Of a DNA stretch of 64,000 bases, positions 1 through 10,385 are shown piece by piece. The stretch covers positions 16,482-80,481 of the forward strand of contig NZ_JADMKC010000005.1 in assembly GCF_018780105.1 (NCBI RefSeq). The letters are read 5' to 3'. The stretch's first letter is position 1; every line of letters starts with the position of its first letter. The DNA is from Thiobacillus sp. Lineage in GTDB: Bacteria; Pseudomonadota; Gammaproteobacteria; Burkholderiales; Thiobacillaceae. Under the pieces are notes generated by a model. That model saw only the letters and a list, made by a program, of their open reading frames with translations, did not search any database and was not told where the DNA came from. The translations under genes were made by a program, and so were the position numbers.

Positions 1-1549
<1,549 letters not shown>

Positions 1550-1555
1550 GCCCGG

Positions 1556-1580
1556 TGCCCGCCCGCCTGCCGGGCGGGCA
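1556..1580. other. GC-rich intergenic stem-loop after norB
   Basis: Perfect 10-bp stem TGCCCGCCCG/CGGGCGGGCA, 5-nt loop, no U tract. Confidence 0.5.
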
Positions 1581-1595
1581 GGGCATGAGACGATC

Positions 1596-2189
1596 TTGAA
1601 CATTGCAGTCGCGCTCCTCGCACCGCAAGGCCGCCGTCGCGATTTGCCCGGCGACCTGGCGATGTGGTTTTTCATCTTCGCCGAACTGCTGGTGTTCGGC
1701 GTCCTCTTTCTGGCATACGCATTTGCGCGTGCGCGCAACGTCGAGCTGTTCAACGCATCGCAGCTTGAGCTTGACCGGATCAGCGGCGCCATCAACACCG
1801 CGCTGCTGATCACCAGCAGCTACTTCGTGGTGCGTGCCGTGGACCGCATCCGTCATGGCGCCTCGCGCGCTTGTGTCCACTGGCTGGCCGCTGCCATGGC
1901 GTGTGGCGGCGCCTTCCTGGTGCTCAAGCTGGTCGAGTTCGGCGCCAAGTTCGACGCCGGCATCACCATGTCGACCAACACCTTTTTCATGTTCTACATC
2001 GGGCTCGGCTTCTTTCACTTCATGCACGTGGTACTCGGCATGGTCATCCTCGGCGCGGTCGCGCTCAAGGCGTGGCAAGGCGGATACAGCGCCGCCGATC
2101 ACACCGGCGTGGAGACTGGCGCGTCCTACTGGCACATGGTCGACCTGGTGTGGATCGTGCTATTTCCCCTCGTCTACGTGCTGCGCTGA
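1596..2189 (+). CDS. norE: NorE-like cytochrome c oxidase subunit III family protein
   Basis: MWFFIFAELLVFGVLF, F..FH..HV and YWHMVDLVWIVLFPLVY motifs; TTG start; nor cluster context. Confidence 0.8.
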   Translation: MNIAVALLAPQGRRRDLPGDLAMWFFIFAELLVFGVLFLAYAFARARNVELFNASQLELDRISGAINTALLITSSYFVVRAVDRIRHGASRACVHWLAAAMACGGAFLVLKLVEFGAKFDAGITMSTNTFFMFYIGLGFFHFMHVVLGMVILGAVALKAWQGGYSAADHTGVETGASYWHMVDLVWIVLFPLVYVLR

Positions 2190-2194
2190 ACGCG

Positions 2195-2458
2195 ATGAAA
2201 CAGGCGACCCTCCTGTGGCTGCTCCTGCTGGCGCTGACCACGCTGACGACGCAGGCCGCCACGTTGTCCGCAGCCGCAGGCTTGACCGGCTCGGCCGTGC
2301 CCCTGGTGCTGCTGGCGGCCCTGATCAAGGGCCGCGTCGTGATCGACCGTTTCATGGTGTTGCAGCATGTCGACGGCCCCTGGCGCTGGATCGTGCTGGG
2401 CTGGCTGCTGCTGGTGCTCGGCCTGATCGGCTACGCTTTCAACCTGAACCCGACCTGA
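2195..2458 (+). CDS. NorF-like / cytochrome oxidase subunit IV family membrane protein (87 aa)
   Basis: ATG at 2195; hydrophobic protein with IKGRVVIDRFMVL motif, following the CoxIII-like gene. Confidence 0.72.
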   Translation: MKQATLLWLLLLALTTLTTQAATLSAAAGLTGSAVPLVLLAALIKGRVVIDRFMVLQHVDGPWRWIVLGWLLLVLGLIGYAFNLNPT

Positions 2459-2471
2459 CTGGAGCCTCAGC

Positions 2472-3287
2472 ATGAACGACCTCACCGAATCCGGCCTGGC
2501 AAGCGCCGCTGCCATCCCCTGGTACCACCCGGTCGGCAAGGAATGCGAGCTGTTTGAATATGCATTCAGCAACCGCCTGCCACTGTTGATCAAGGGACCC
2601 ACCGGTTGCGGCAAGACGCGCTTCGTCGCGCACATGGCGGCGCGCCTGGGGCGGCCGCTGATTACCGTAGCCTGCCACGACGACCTCACCGCCGCCGACC
2701 TGGTCGGCCGCCATCTGATCGGCGATGGCCAGACCCTCTGGTCGGACGGCCCACTTACCCGCGCCGTGCGGCAAGGCGGCATCTGCTACCTCGACGAAGT
2801 GGTCGAGGCGCGCAAGGACACCACCGTGGTGCTGCACCCGCTGACCGACGACCGGCGCATCCTGCCGATCGAGCGCACCGGCGAGGAACTCCATGCGCCG
2901 GACGATTTCATGCTGGTGGCGTCCTACAATCCCGGCTACCAAAACCTGCTGAAAAGCCTGAAGCCCTCGACCCGCCAGCGCTTCATCGCAATCAGTCTCG
3001 GTTTCCCGCCGCGCGCGATCGAGGAAAAAATCGTGGTCGCCGAAACGGGTATTGCACCGGCACTGGCAGCCCGGCTGGTGACGCTGGTCGGACAGCTGCG
3101 TCAGCTCAAGGATCACGACTTGGAAGAAGCCGCCTCGACCCGCCTGCTGGTGTACGCAGGCAGCCTCATTGCCGCCGGCTGCGACCCGGTCGCCGCCTGC
3201 CACGCGGCACTGGTGGAGCCGTTGACCGACGACCCCGATACCGCCGAGGCACTGCTCGAAGTGGTGCGGGCGAGCTTCGGCACATGA
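2472..3287 (+). CDS. norQ: NorQ/NirQ/CbbQ MoxR AAA+ ATPase
   Basis: Walker A GPTGCGKT, Walker B YLDE, SYNPGYQ and STRLL motifs. Confidence 0.95.
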   Translation: MNDLTESGLASAAAIPWYHPVGKECELFEYAFSNRLPLLIKGPTGCGKTRFVAHMAARLGRPLITVACHDDLTAADLVGRHLIGDGQTLWSDGPLTRAVRQGGICYLDEVVEARKDTTVVLHPLTDDRRILPIERTGEELHAPDDFMLVASYNPGYQNLLKSLKPSTRQRFIAISLGFPPRAIEEKIVVAETGIAPALAARLVTLVGQLRQLKDHDLEEAASTRLLVYAGSLIAAGCDPVAACHAALVEPLTDDPDTAEALLEVVRASFGT

Positions 3288-3661
3288 GCGGCGTCCCGGC
3301 TCGGGCTTCTCCCGCAGTACAGGCTGAGGCGCTCTATCTGATCAACCTGCTGCTGGTGCCGGGGCTGGCGTTTCTGCTGTTGCTGCTGCTGTTCCGTCGC
3401 CATCGCAATAGCACCGATCCGCTGGTGCGCGGCCATGTGCGGCAAACCGTTGCGGCAAGCCTGCTGGCCGGGTTGCTGCTGGCGGGGGGGCCTGCGCTGA
3501 TGGTGCTGGCGGGCGATTTGAGTCGGCCTGGCGTCTGGATTGGCATGGTTTTGTATTTTGTGTGCTGCCACGGCACGCTGGTTTTGCTGGGAGTGTTCGG
3601 GCTCGCGCGCGCACTGGCTGGCAAGCCCTTCAGCTACCCGCTGCTCGGGCGCTACGCATGA
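3284..3661 (+). CDS. Small membrane protein, about 3 TM helices (125 aa)
   Basis: ATGA overlaps with the norQ stop and the next gene start; hydrophobic ORF MSGVPARASPAVQAEALYLINLLL...FSYPLLGRYA. Confidence 0.75.
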   Translation: MSGVPARASPAVQAEALYLINLLLVPGLAFLLLLLLFRRHRNSTDPLVRGHVRQTVAASLLAGLLLAGGPALMVLAGDLSRPGVWIGMVLYFVCCHGTLVLLGVFGLARALAGKPFSYPLLGRYA

Positions 3662-4689
3662 TCGGCACTCAGGCTACCGCCGCGATCCGCGCCGAGCTTG
3701 CCCGCCATGCCCGCAGCTGGCTGGGGCTGCCGGTGCAACGCTGGCGCCGCCTGACCCAGACAGGGTTTTTCCTGCTGTTCGTTTGTGCGCCCCTATTCGA
3801 CATTTTGCGTCTCGACCTCAACCTCGGGCATTTCATCCTGTTCGGTTTCGACTGGACGCTTGGTCTCGACGATTTCGCCGCCGGGCGCCTGTCCACCGCG
3901 CAAGCCTCGCTCAACATCGTGCTGCGCGGCTTCCTGCCGCTGGCGGCGGTCGCCGGCACGGTGCTTTATGTCGGCTGGAAATGGGGCCGCCTGTACTGCG
4001 GCTGGCTGTGTCCGCATTTCTCGGTGGTCGAGACGCTCAACCAGATGCTGCGGCGCGCGATTGGCAAGCAAAGCCTGTGGGACACAAAACAGCAGCCCGC
4101 GCGCAACCCTGATGGTAGCGAAACCCCGCGCGACGCGCTGTGGTGGTTTGCCGTGCTGCCGCTGACGATCGGCTTCGCGATGCTGTGGGCGGTGGTGCTG
4201 CTGACCTATCTACTGCCGCCGGCCGAGGTCTACGGCAACCTGCTCAATGGCACGCCAACGCGCAATCAGGCGATCTTTCTGACGGTTGCCAGCCTCGCGT
4301 TCTGCGTCGAATTCCTGTTCGCGCGCCACCTGTTCTGCCGCTACGGCTGCGCGGTCGGCCTGTTCCAGAGCCTGGCCTGGATGGGCAATGACAAGGCCAT
4401 GGTGGTTGGCTTCAGCCGAACGCGCGCGCGCGATTGCGCGAGCTGCCACTCGGCCTGCGACCAGGTCTGCCCGATGCGCCTCAACCCGCGCAACGTCAAA
4501 CGCATGATGTTCGCCTGCGTGCAGTGCGGACAGTGCGTGGATGCCTGCGACCACACCCAGGCCGCCAATCCGGACGGGGCACTGCTCAACTGGGTACACG
4601 ATCTGCGCGCCGAGTCCGAAGCCGCGTTCAACACCCGTGCCGCCCGTACCCTGCCGCCGGCGTGCGGTTCGGCACACACGGGATCCTAG
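3658..4689 (+). CDS. Membrane-bound polyferredoxin (NapH/FixG-like 4Fe-4S protein)
   Basis: CGWLCP, CRYGC, CASCHSACDQVCP and CVQCGQCVDAC motifs plus TM segments. Confidence 0.87.
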   Translation: MIGTQATAAIRAELARHARSWLGLPVQRWRRLTQTGFFLLFVCAPLFDILRLDLNLGHFILFGFDWTLGLDDFAAGRLSTAQASLNIVLRGFLPLAAVAGTVLYVGWKWGRLYCGWLCPHFSVVETLNQMLRRAIGKQSLWDTKQQPARNPDGSETPRDALWWFAVLPLTIGFAMLWAVVLLTYLLPPAEVYGNLLNGTPTRNQAIFLTVASLAFCVEFLFARHLFCRYGCAVGLFQSLAWMGNDKAMVVGFSRTRARDCASCHSACDQVCPMRLNPRNVKRMMFACVQCGQCVDACDHTQAANPDGALLNWVHDLRAESEAAFNTRAARTLPPACGSAHTGS

Positions 4690-4692
4690 GCC

Positions 4693-6534
4693 ATGGAAGA
4701 ATTTGTCGGCAGCCTGTGGGACAAGCTGATCACCCGCGCCGCCTATCGGGGTTTTCCCCGGGCACGCGTCGAACTGGCGCAGATCGAACGCATGGCGCCG
4801 GTGTACTTTCGTGCCCTTGGCGGCGACGCGGGCCTGGCGCTGCGTGCCGGCTGCGCCACCGCGCACGGCGCACGGCGCAACTGGATGGAGCGTGTGGCGG
4901 GAATCGGCGACAAGGTCGAGCTGGCGTGGCGCGACGACGCCACGTTGTATCTTCCGGCTGCGATCGAGGTGTTTCCGCAGCGTGAGCTGAACCGCGATCT
5001 ATATCTGTGGCTGATCGCACTGGCGGCGCACGATGTCGCGCCGAACACGCCGTGGATCGTGCGCAATCAGGCAGCGGCGCGTGCAACGCTCGCCGCATTG
5101 CCCGGCCTCGCGCCGCGCTATCGCAGGCTGGTCAATGCGCTGCTGGCGCTGCGCCCACCCCTGGATAGCCTCGTCGGGGCGGAGCAAGAGGCAGAAGTCG
5201 CGATCCGCGCCGCGCTGGATGCGCCGGGTTCGGTCGCAATCTTCGCGCCGGGTCGGCGGCGGCCGACGCCAGTGCCGCTATGGCTGCATCCCGAGCCGCC
5301 AGTCAATGCCGCCGCGCCGCGCCGGTCTGGCAGCGCGACGTCGCCGCAGCCGGCAGGCCCCCAATCCAGGGCCGACCGGGAAAAACGCAAGCGGCGCGCC
5401 GAGCGGGTCGACATGCCGCAGGCGAACAGCCCCTTCATGCTGTTGTTTCGTGCCGAAAGCCTGTTTTCCTGGGCAGAGTTCATCAAGGTTGACCGCCCGC
5501 TCGACGAGGACGAAAACGAGCACGCGGAAAAGGCCGCCAACGACCTCGATTTCCTCAGCATCGCCGACGGCGAAACGAGTGCCGCCAGCCGGGTGCGCTT
5601 CGATCTCGATCTGCCGTCCGAAGCCGACGACGACCGCAAGCTGGCCGACGGCATCCTGCTGCCGGAATGGGATTACCGCAGGCAGCGCCTGCAACCCGCG
5701 CACTGCCGGCTGCAAATGCTGCTCGCGCGCGACGCCGGGGACTGCGCCCTGCCGCCCCTCTTGCGCGCACCGGCGCGGCGGCTGCGCCAGCAGTTCCAGG
5801 CGTTGGCCACGCAAAACACGCGGCTGCGCGCCCAGATGGCCGGTAGCGATCTCGACATCGATGCCTGCGTCCGCTTTGCCGCCGACCGCACAGGCGGTGC
5901 GCACGCGCCCGAGCCGGGGCTGTATATCGACAGCCGCCGCCATCAGCGCGATCTGTCCTGCCTGTTGCTGGCCGATCTGTCGCTTTCAACCGACGCCTGG
6001 ATCAGCGATTCGGGGCGGGTGATCGATGTGATCCGCGACAGCCTGCTGCTGTTCAGCGAAGCGCTGGCAGCCACCGGCGACCGCTTCGCGCTGTACGGCT
6101 TTTCGTCGGTGCGGCGCGACAACGTGCGCTTTCACCTGCTCAAGGGTTTCGACGAGCGCTACGACGCGCGCATCCGTGGCCGTCTCATCGCCATCAAACC
6201 GGGCTACTACACCCGCATGGGAGCGGCGATCCGCCATGCCGCCGCGATCCTCGCAAGCCGCAAATCAGCGCGCCGCCTGCTGATGATCTTGACCGACGGC
6301 AAGCCGAATGATCTCGACAAGTACGAAGGCCGCTACGGCATTGAAGACACCCGCATGGCGATCATCGAGGCACGCCGACAGGGGTTGATCCCGTTCTGCG
6401 TGACCATCGATGCCAAGGCTGGAGATTACCTGCCGCACCTGTTCGGCGCGGCGGGTTATGTCGTGGTGCGCGATGCGGCCATGCTGCCCCAGGTACTGCC
6501 AAGCCTGTATACCAGGCTGACCGAAAACATTTGA
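4693..6534 (+). CDS. norD: NorD vWA-domain activation protein
   Basis: MEEFVGSLWDKLI start; MIDAS DLSLS; PGYYTRMGAAIRH and LTDGKPNDLDKYEGRYGIEDT. Confidence 0.93.
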   Translation: MEEFVGSLWDKLITRAAYRGFPRARVELAQIERMAPVYFRALGGDAGLALRAGCATAHGARRNWMERVAGIGDKVELAWRDDATLYLPAAIEVFPQRELNRDLYLWLIALAAHDVAPNTPWIVRNQAAARATLAALPGLAPRYRRLVNALLALRPPLDSLVGAEQEAEVAIRAALDAPGSVAIFAPGRRRPTPVPLWLHPEPPVNAAAPRRSGSATSPQPAGPQSRADREKRKRRAERVDMPQANSPFMLLFRAESLFSWAEFIKVDRPLDEDENEHAEKAANDLDFLSIADGETSAASRVRFDLDLPSEADDDRKLADGILLPEWDYRRQRLQPAHCRLQMLLARDAGDCALPPLLRAPARRLRQQFQALATQNTRLRAQMAGSDLDIDACVRFAADRTGGAHAPEPGLYIDSRRHQRDLSCLLLADLSLSTDAWISDSGRVIDVIRDSLLLFSEALAATGDRFALYGFSSVRRDNVRFHLLKGFDERYDARIRGRLIAIKPGYYTRMGAAIRHAAAILASRKSARRLLMILTDGKPNDLDKYEGRYGIEDTRMAIIEARRQGLIPFCVTIDAKAGDYLPHLFGAAGYVVVRDAAMLPQVLPSLYTRLTENI

Positions 6535-6556
6535 AGTTCAACCCAAAGGAGCACGC

Positions 6557-6814
6557 ATGAAAAACGAAACTCTCACCCTTATTGGCACAGTCTGCGCCGA
6601 AACCGCCGAACGCGCATGCGCCAGGCTCAAGGTTCTGCCGGGCGTACTGGATGCGACGTTCTTCGCCGACCCGGCGCGCCTGTGCGTGAGTCTCGACGAT
6701 GCTGCACCGTCCCGCGCGGAACTGGAAACGGAGCTCGCCAGGGCTGGCTTGCTGGTCGAAGCGGAGCGGCGCACTCACGCGAGCGGCGGTTGCTGCGGCG
6801 GCTGTGGGAGTTAG
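6557..6814 (+). CDS. Small HMA-like protein with Cys-rich tail (GGCCGGCGS)
   Basis: AAAGGAG RBS; 85 aa with HMA-like pattern (C...C..RLKVLPGV) and a terminal Cys cluster. Confidence 0.6.
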   Translation: MKNETLTLIGTVCAETAERACARLKVLPGVLDATFFADPARLCVSLDDAAPSRAELETELARAGLLVEAERRTHASGGCCGGCGS

Positions 6815-6862
6815 GCGGTTGCCGTGGCCGGGGGATTTTCAACCGGCCAGCGGCGGCGGGGC

Positions 6863-7468
6863 TCAGTGGCGGTGATGCGTGTTGCGGTTCATCGACTGGA
6901 TCAGTTCGGGCGTGACTTGTTTGAATTCCAGGGTCGTCCCGCCCTGGCCACGGGTAAAAGCGTCCGCTGCTGCGCGCGTGGAAAAGGCAGGCAAATCGGC
7001 GCCCCGCATCGGGCCCATTGTAGTTGAGCCCTGTACGAAAAAGGCATGCTGCGCTTCGATCCATTGCCCGGTTTCAAAGTCGGTGACATAGCTGGCGATA
7101 ATGTCTGCGGGCGCGTAGCGTGTTCTGCCGCGGCCACTTCTTTGCAGAAAGACAAACAGATCGACCGGTGTATCAAAGAAGTGCGACGCACCGTCCTGGA
7201 AAACGGTTTGCGCAGCCCAACGCGGAGTACGCGCCGGATACATGCCGCATATCGGGCAGCGTGCATCAACGGGAATCGATTTGGGTGCGCGCATCGCCAG
7301 ACCTGATGAGGCATCGTAGGGCGTTGCAGGGGCAACGATGCACAGCTCGTTCGTGACCGGACCGGCATTGAGGCTTGCCTGCTGGCCAGGGGGCAGGAGC
7401 GGATAGGCAGCGATTGCAACCACAGTTGCAGCCCCCCCCAGCAAGATCAAGTTTGCCGGCAGATGCAT
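6863..7468 (-). CDS. Second NosL-family copper-binding protein
   Basis: CPICGM, FFD, YVTDF, AFFVQGS and GPMRGADLPAF motifs; N-terminal hydrophobic anchor; ends THHRH. Confidence 0.85.
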   Translation of the reverse strand: MHLPANLILLGGAATVVAIAAYPLLPPGQQASLNAGPVTNELCIVAPATPYDASSGLAMRAPKSIPVDARCPICGMYPARTPRWAAQTVFQDGASHFFDTPVDLFVFLQRSGRGRTRYAPADIIASYVTDFETGQWIEAQHAFFVQGSTTMGPMRGADLPAFSTRAAADAFTRGQGGTTLEFKQVTPELIQSMNRNTHHRH

Positions 7469-7833
7469 CAGGCGGTTTCCCTGACTCCAAGCATGGGGTT
7501 GTCCAGCAAGGCGAGAATCAAGCTTCGCAGGTTGTCTTCCGGTGATGCATCGGGGCGGGTGATCGGATCTGCCATGATGCGGCCGCCCGCATCGTGAAAG
7601 TGGTTAGGGAAGCTTGCCAAATCCCGGTGCAGAGGGGCGGTATCGATGCCGGATTCGGCATCGCCATAGACCCAGCGCAGCGAATAGGCATCGGGCGCGG
7701 CATAGCGAACGTCCAGCGTGACGCCATTCTTCAGGTGGATGATCATTGCATCCTGCGTTTGTTCGACAGGGGAATCGAGGTCGCCCCCAAAGGCTTCATT
7801 AATCATGGTGCTGAGTTCAAGATGTTGGCTCAT
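7468..7833 (-). CDS. DUF6516/TumE-like protein (putative toxin)
   Basis: ATG at 7833 with AAGGAGG RBS; motif IDTAPLHRDLASFPNHFH resembles the DNAPHH...FPHHxH signature as recalled. Confidence 0.55.
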   Translation of the reverse strand: MSQHLELSTMINEAFGGDLDSPVEQTQDAMIIHLKNGVTLDVRYAAPDAYSLRWVYGDAESGIDTAPLHRDLASFPNHFHDAGGRIMADPITRPDASPEDNLRSLILALLDNPMLGVRETA

Positions 7834-8101
7834 TCCGATTGGCCTCCTTGAGTCTCTCAGCAAGCGTTGTACGGACTATTTCACGAGTGTCGGCAAGAAT
7901 TCTGGCTGCCAGGTAGTGCTCATAGGCTGGATGCTCAGCCACTTCGCCGGTCTGTATTTGCTGCAGCAGTGCGGTCTCATTTTCAGCGCCATGGTGTTTG
8001 AGAATGGCGTTGTGGTTCTCCCGCAATTCATAGGCCAGCCGGGACAACTGTTCGATTTCCGTTGCGGTCTCGAACGCGACGTGTTCAAAGAATTCGACCA
8101 T
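7817..8101 (-). CDS. Hypothetical protein, TumA-like antitoxin candidate (94 aa)
   Basis: ATG at 8101 just after the nosL stop; ILKHHGAENETALLQQIQTGEVAEHPAYEHYL; overlaps the next gene by 17 nt. Confidence 0.5.
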   Translation of the reverse strand: MVEFFEHVAFETATEIEQLSRLAYELRENHNAILKHHGAENETALLQQIQTGEVAEHPAYEHYLAARILADTREIVRTTLAERLKEANRNEPTS

Positions 8102-8106
8102 GATGT

Positions 8107-8628
8107 TTACATGCTCCTGTCGTGAAGGGCGCCGCCGTCGAGCACCACCATGTCGGGGGTAATGTCGGCGAAACGAAAAAGTTTCCCGCCATGCTCGGCG
8201 GCAAACTGGGTGGCATCCTTTTCCAGCGCGAAACTGGCGATCGTCGGCCCCATGGAGCCGAGCCGTTTGCTGCCATGCACGTAGTAGGCGGTCTTCGCAT
8301 CGATCCAGTGGTTCCGCGGCTGGTCCCAATCTGCCTTGCCCATGTCCTGCACGAAAATACCGAGCACGGCCCGAACCTGTTCGGGATTGAGAAACATGTG
8401 GAACATTTCCACCGTGTCGCAGAAGTAATCCGGCTCGGCCTGCCCGGCATAATGAATCTGTGCTTTGGGGCCGGGATAGTCGGCGAGCAGCATGCCGTCC
8501 AGGCTGCAGGATGTGCCCTGATCGATCTCCAGGGGAACCACTGCGGTTTCGGTTGCGGATTGCCCGCAACCCACCAGTACGGTGGCAGCGAAGGCGGCAA
8601 GAACAAATCTTTGTCGTACAGGTTTCAT
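8107..8628 (-). CDS. nosL: NosL lipoprotein copper chaperone
   Basis: Lipobox VLVGC, CSLDGM, YPGPKAQI, GSMGP; follows nosY. Confidence 0.9.
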   Translation of the reverse strand: MKPVRQRFVLAAFAATVLVGCGQSATETAVVPLEIDQGTSCSLDGMLLADYPGPKAQIHYAGQAEPDYFCDTVEMFHMFLNPEQVRAVLGIFVQDMGKADWDQPRNHWIDAKTAYYVHGSKRLGSMGPTIASFALEKDATQFAAEHGGKLFRFADITPDMVVLDGGALHDRSM

Positions 8629-9440
8629 TTGCGGAATCTCCAGCTTGCAATACCTAAGGGCGCGGCTATCCAGGCGAGCATCACCAGACCCAGCAGCCAG
8701 GGGTTGGCCAGTGTGGGTGGGAAAACAGTCGTCAGGCCGTACAGGGTGCGAACGTCGTCGAGGGCAAAGACATTCAGGATGCGGAACACGTCAGCGGGAT
8801 TGGCCAGCAGCAGATAGGGGAAAATCTCGCCGCCCCATTGACCGCCGGTCACGACCAGTGCGCCGAGCAGCAGCAGGTCGAACACCAGCACGAAGAAAAA
8901 CCATAGTGCAATCGCGAGTCCGGAAGCGCGCGTGCGATCACTGGCAAACACCGACAGCATCACCGCCAGACTCAGGAAGGCGCAGCCCAGCAACACCGAA
9001 CTGAACATGAAGCCGACGTAATGGAACAGCGCATCGAGATCGAGCTGCGGCGACAGCACGATCCCCGCCAGACCAAAGCCGGCCACGGTGGAAAATGTCA
9101 GCGCAGCAGCAAGCCCGAAATATTTGCCGAGCAGGATTTCCAGCCGGGTGATCGGCATCGACAGCAGCAGGTCGAGCGAGCCGCGTTCGCGTTCGCCTAC
9201 GATGGCATCGAAGCCCAGGATCAGCGCAATCAACGGGATCAGATAAATGACGAGACTCACCAGGCTGGCAATGGTGACGTCGATCGCGTGAAAGCCGACG
9301 GAGCCCTGCTGCGCCGCGCCGAAGTAGGCGATGACCAGTGCGAAGGCGGTGAATACCAGGGCCACGGCCAGCACCCAGCGATTGCGGATGCGGTCCCAGA
9401 ACTCCTTGCTGGCGAGGGTAGTGATTTGTTTGATTTCCAT
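8625..9440 (-). CDS. nosY: NosY ABC transporter permease
   Basis: KEFWDRIRNRW, DAIVGERERGSLDLLLSMP, NPADVFR; nos context. Confidence 0.92.
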   Translation of the reverse strand: MEIKQITTLASKEFWDRIRNRWVLAVALVFTAFALVIAYFGAAQQGSVGFHAIDVTIASLVSLVIYLIPLIALILGFDAIVGERERGSLDLLLSMPITRLEILLGKYFGLAAALTFSTVAGFGLAGIVLSPQLDLDALFHYVGFMFSSVLLGCAFLSLAVMLSVFASDRTRASGLAIALWFFFVLVFDLLLLGALVVTGGQWGGEIFPYLLLANPADVFRILNVFALDDVRTLYGLTTVFPPTLANPWLLGLVMLAWIAAPLGIASWRFRK

Positions 9441-9449
9441 GCTCGCCCT

Positions 9450-10385
9450 TTAATCCGAAAAACCGAAGAACACGTCTTCGAGCGAGGGTTCGCGCACGGT
9501 CATGTCGCGTACGCGTCCGCCCAGTGCGGCAAGCGCTTCGATCACCGCCATTTTGTTTTCGCGCCGGCACGGTACGGTCAGATGATCGGCGTGCGTCTCG
9601 ATTGCGCCGACAGGCAGATGGGCAAGCGCTGCGCGCACCGCGGCGAAATCCGCCTGCGCGGTGCGCACGGTAAACCACAGCGGCAGATCCATCTGCTCGC
9701 GCAAGGCCTGCACCGTGCCGCTGGCCTGTATCTTGCCGGCGGTCATGATGGCCAGGCGATCCACCCTTTCCTGGATTTCGGCGAGGATGTGGGAGGTGAT
9801 CACCATCGTCACGCCTTCGCTGCGAAGTTGCCGCAGGATCGCGTAGAAGCTGCGGATCGCCTCCGGGTCGAGCCCGGAAGTCGGCTCGTCGAGAAACAGG
9901 ATGCGCGGCTTGCCGAGCAGCGCCTGGGCAAAGCCGAGCCGCTGGCGCATGCCCTTGGAGTATTCGCGCACCCGCCGCCTGGCCGCCTGCGCCAGACCGA
10001 CACGTTCGAGCGCCGCGCCGCTTTCGGCCTGTGACACGCCTTTCAGGCGCGAAAAGAAGTGCAGTGTTTCAAGCCCGGTGAGGTTGTCGTAGAGCACGAC
10101 ATTTTCCGGCAGGTAACCGATCGTGCGCCGCACCGCGCGAAAATTTCCGCCACTCACCTGTGCGCCATCGATGCGGATGTCGCCCGCCGTGGCGGGGATC
10201 AGGCCGAGCATCATCTTGAACATCGTGCTCTTGCCGGCGCCGTTGTGGCCGATGAGGCCGAACAGTTCACCAGCGCGAATATCGAGGTCGACGCCATCGA
10301 CCGCATGAATCGGCCCGTAGTGCTTGTGTACGCCGCGCGCGACGATGACCGCCGTTCCCGCTTCAGTTTGTGTCTCAGTTTTCAT
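9450..10385 (-). CDS. nosF: NosF ABC transporter ATPase
   Basis: GHNGAGKST, YSKGMRQR, LFLDEP; between nosD and nosY. Confidence 0.92.
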   Translation of the reverse strand: MKTETQTEAGTAVIVARGVHKHYGPIHAVDGVDLDIRAGELFGLIGHNGAGKSTMFKMMLGLIPATAGDIRIDGAQVSGGNFRAVRRTIGYLPENVVLYDNLTGLETLHFFSRLKGVSQAESGAALERVGLAQAARRRVREYSKGMRQRLGFAQALLGKPRILFLDEPTSGLDPEAIRSFYAILRQLRSEGVTMVITSHILAEIQERVDRLAIMTAGKIQASGTVQALREQMDLPLWFTVRTAQADFAAVRAALAHLPVGAIETHADHLTVPCRRENKMAVIEALAALGGRVRDMTVREPSLEDVFFGFSD

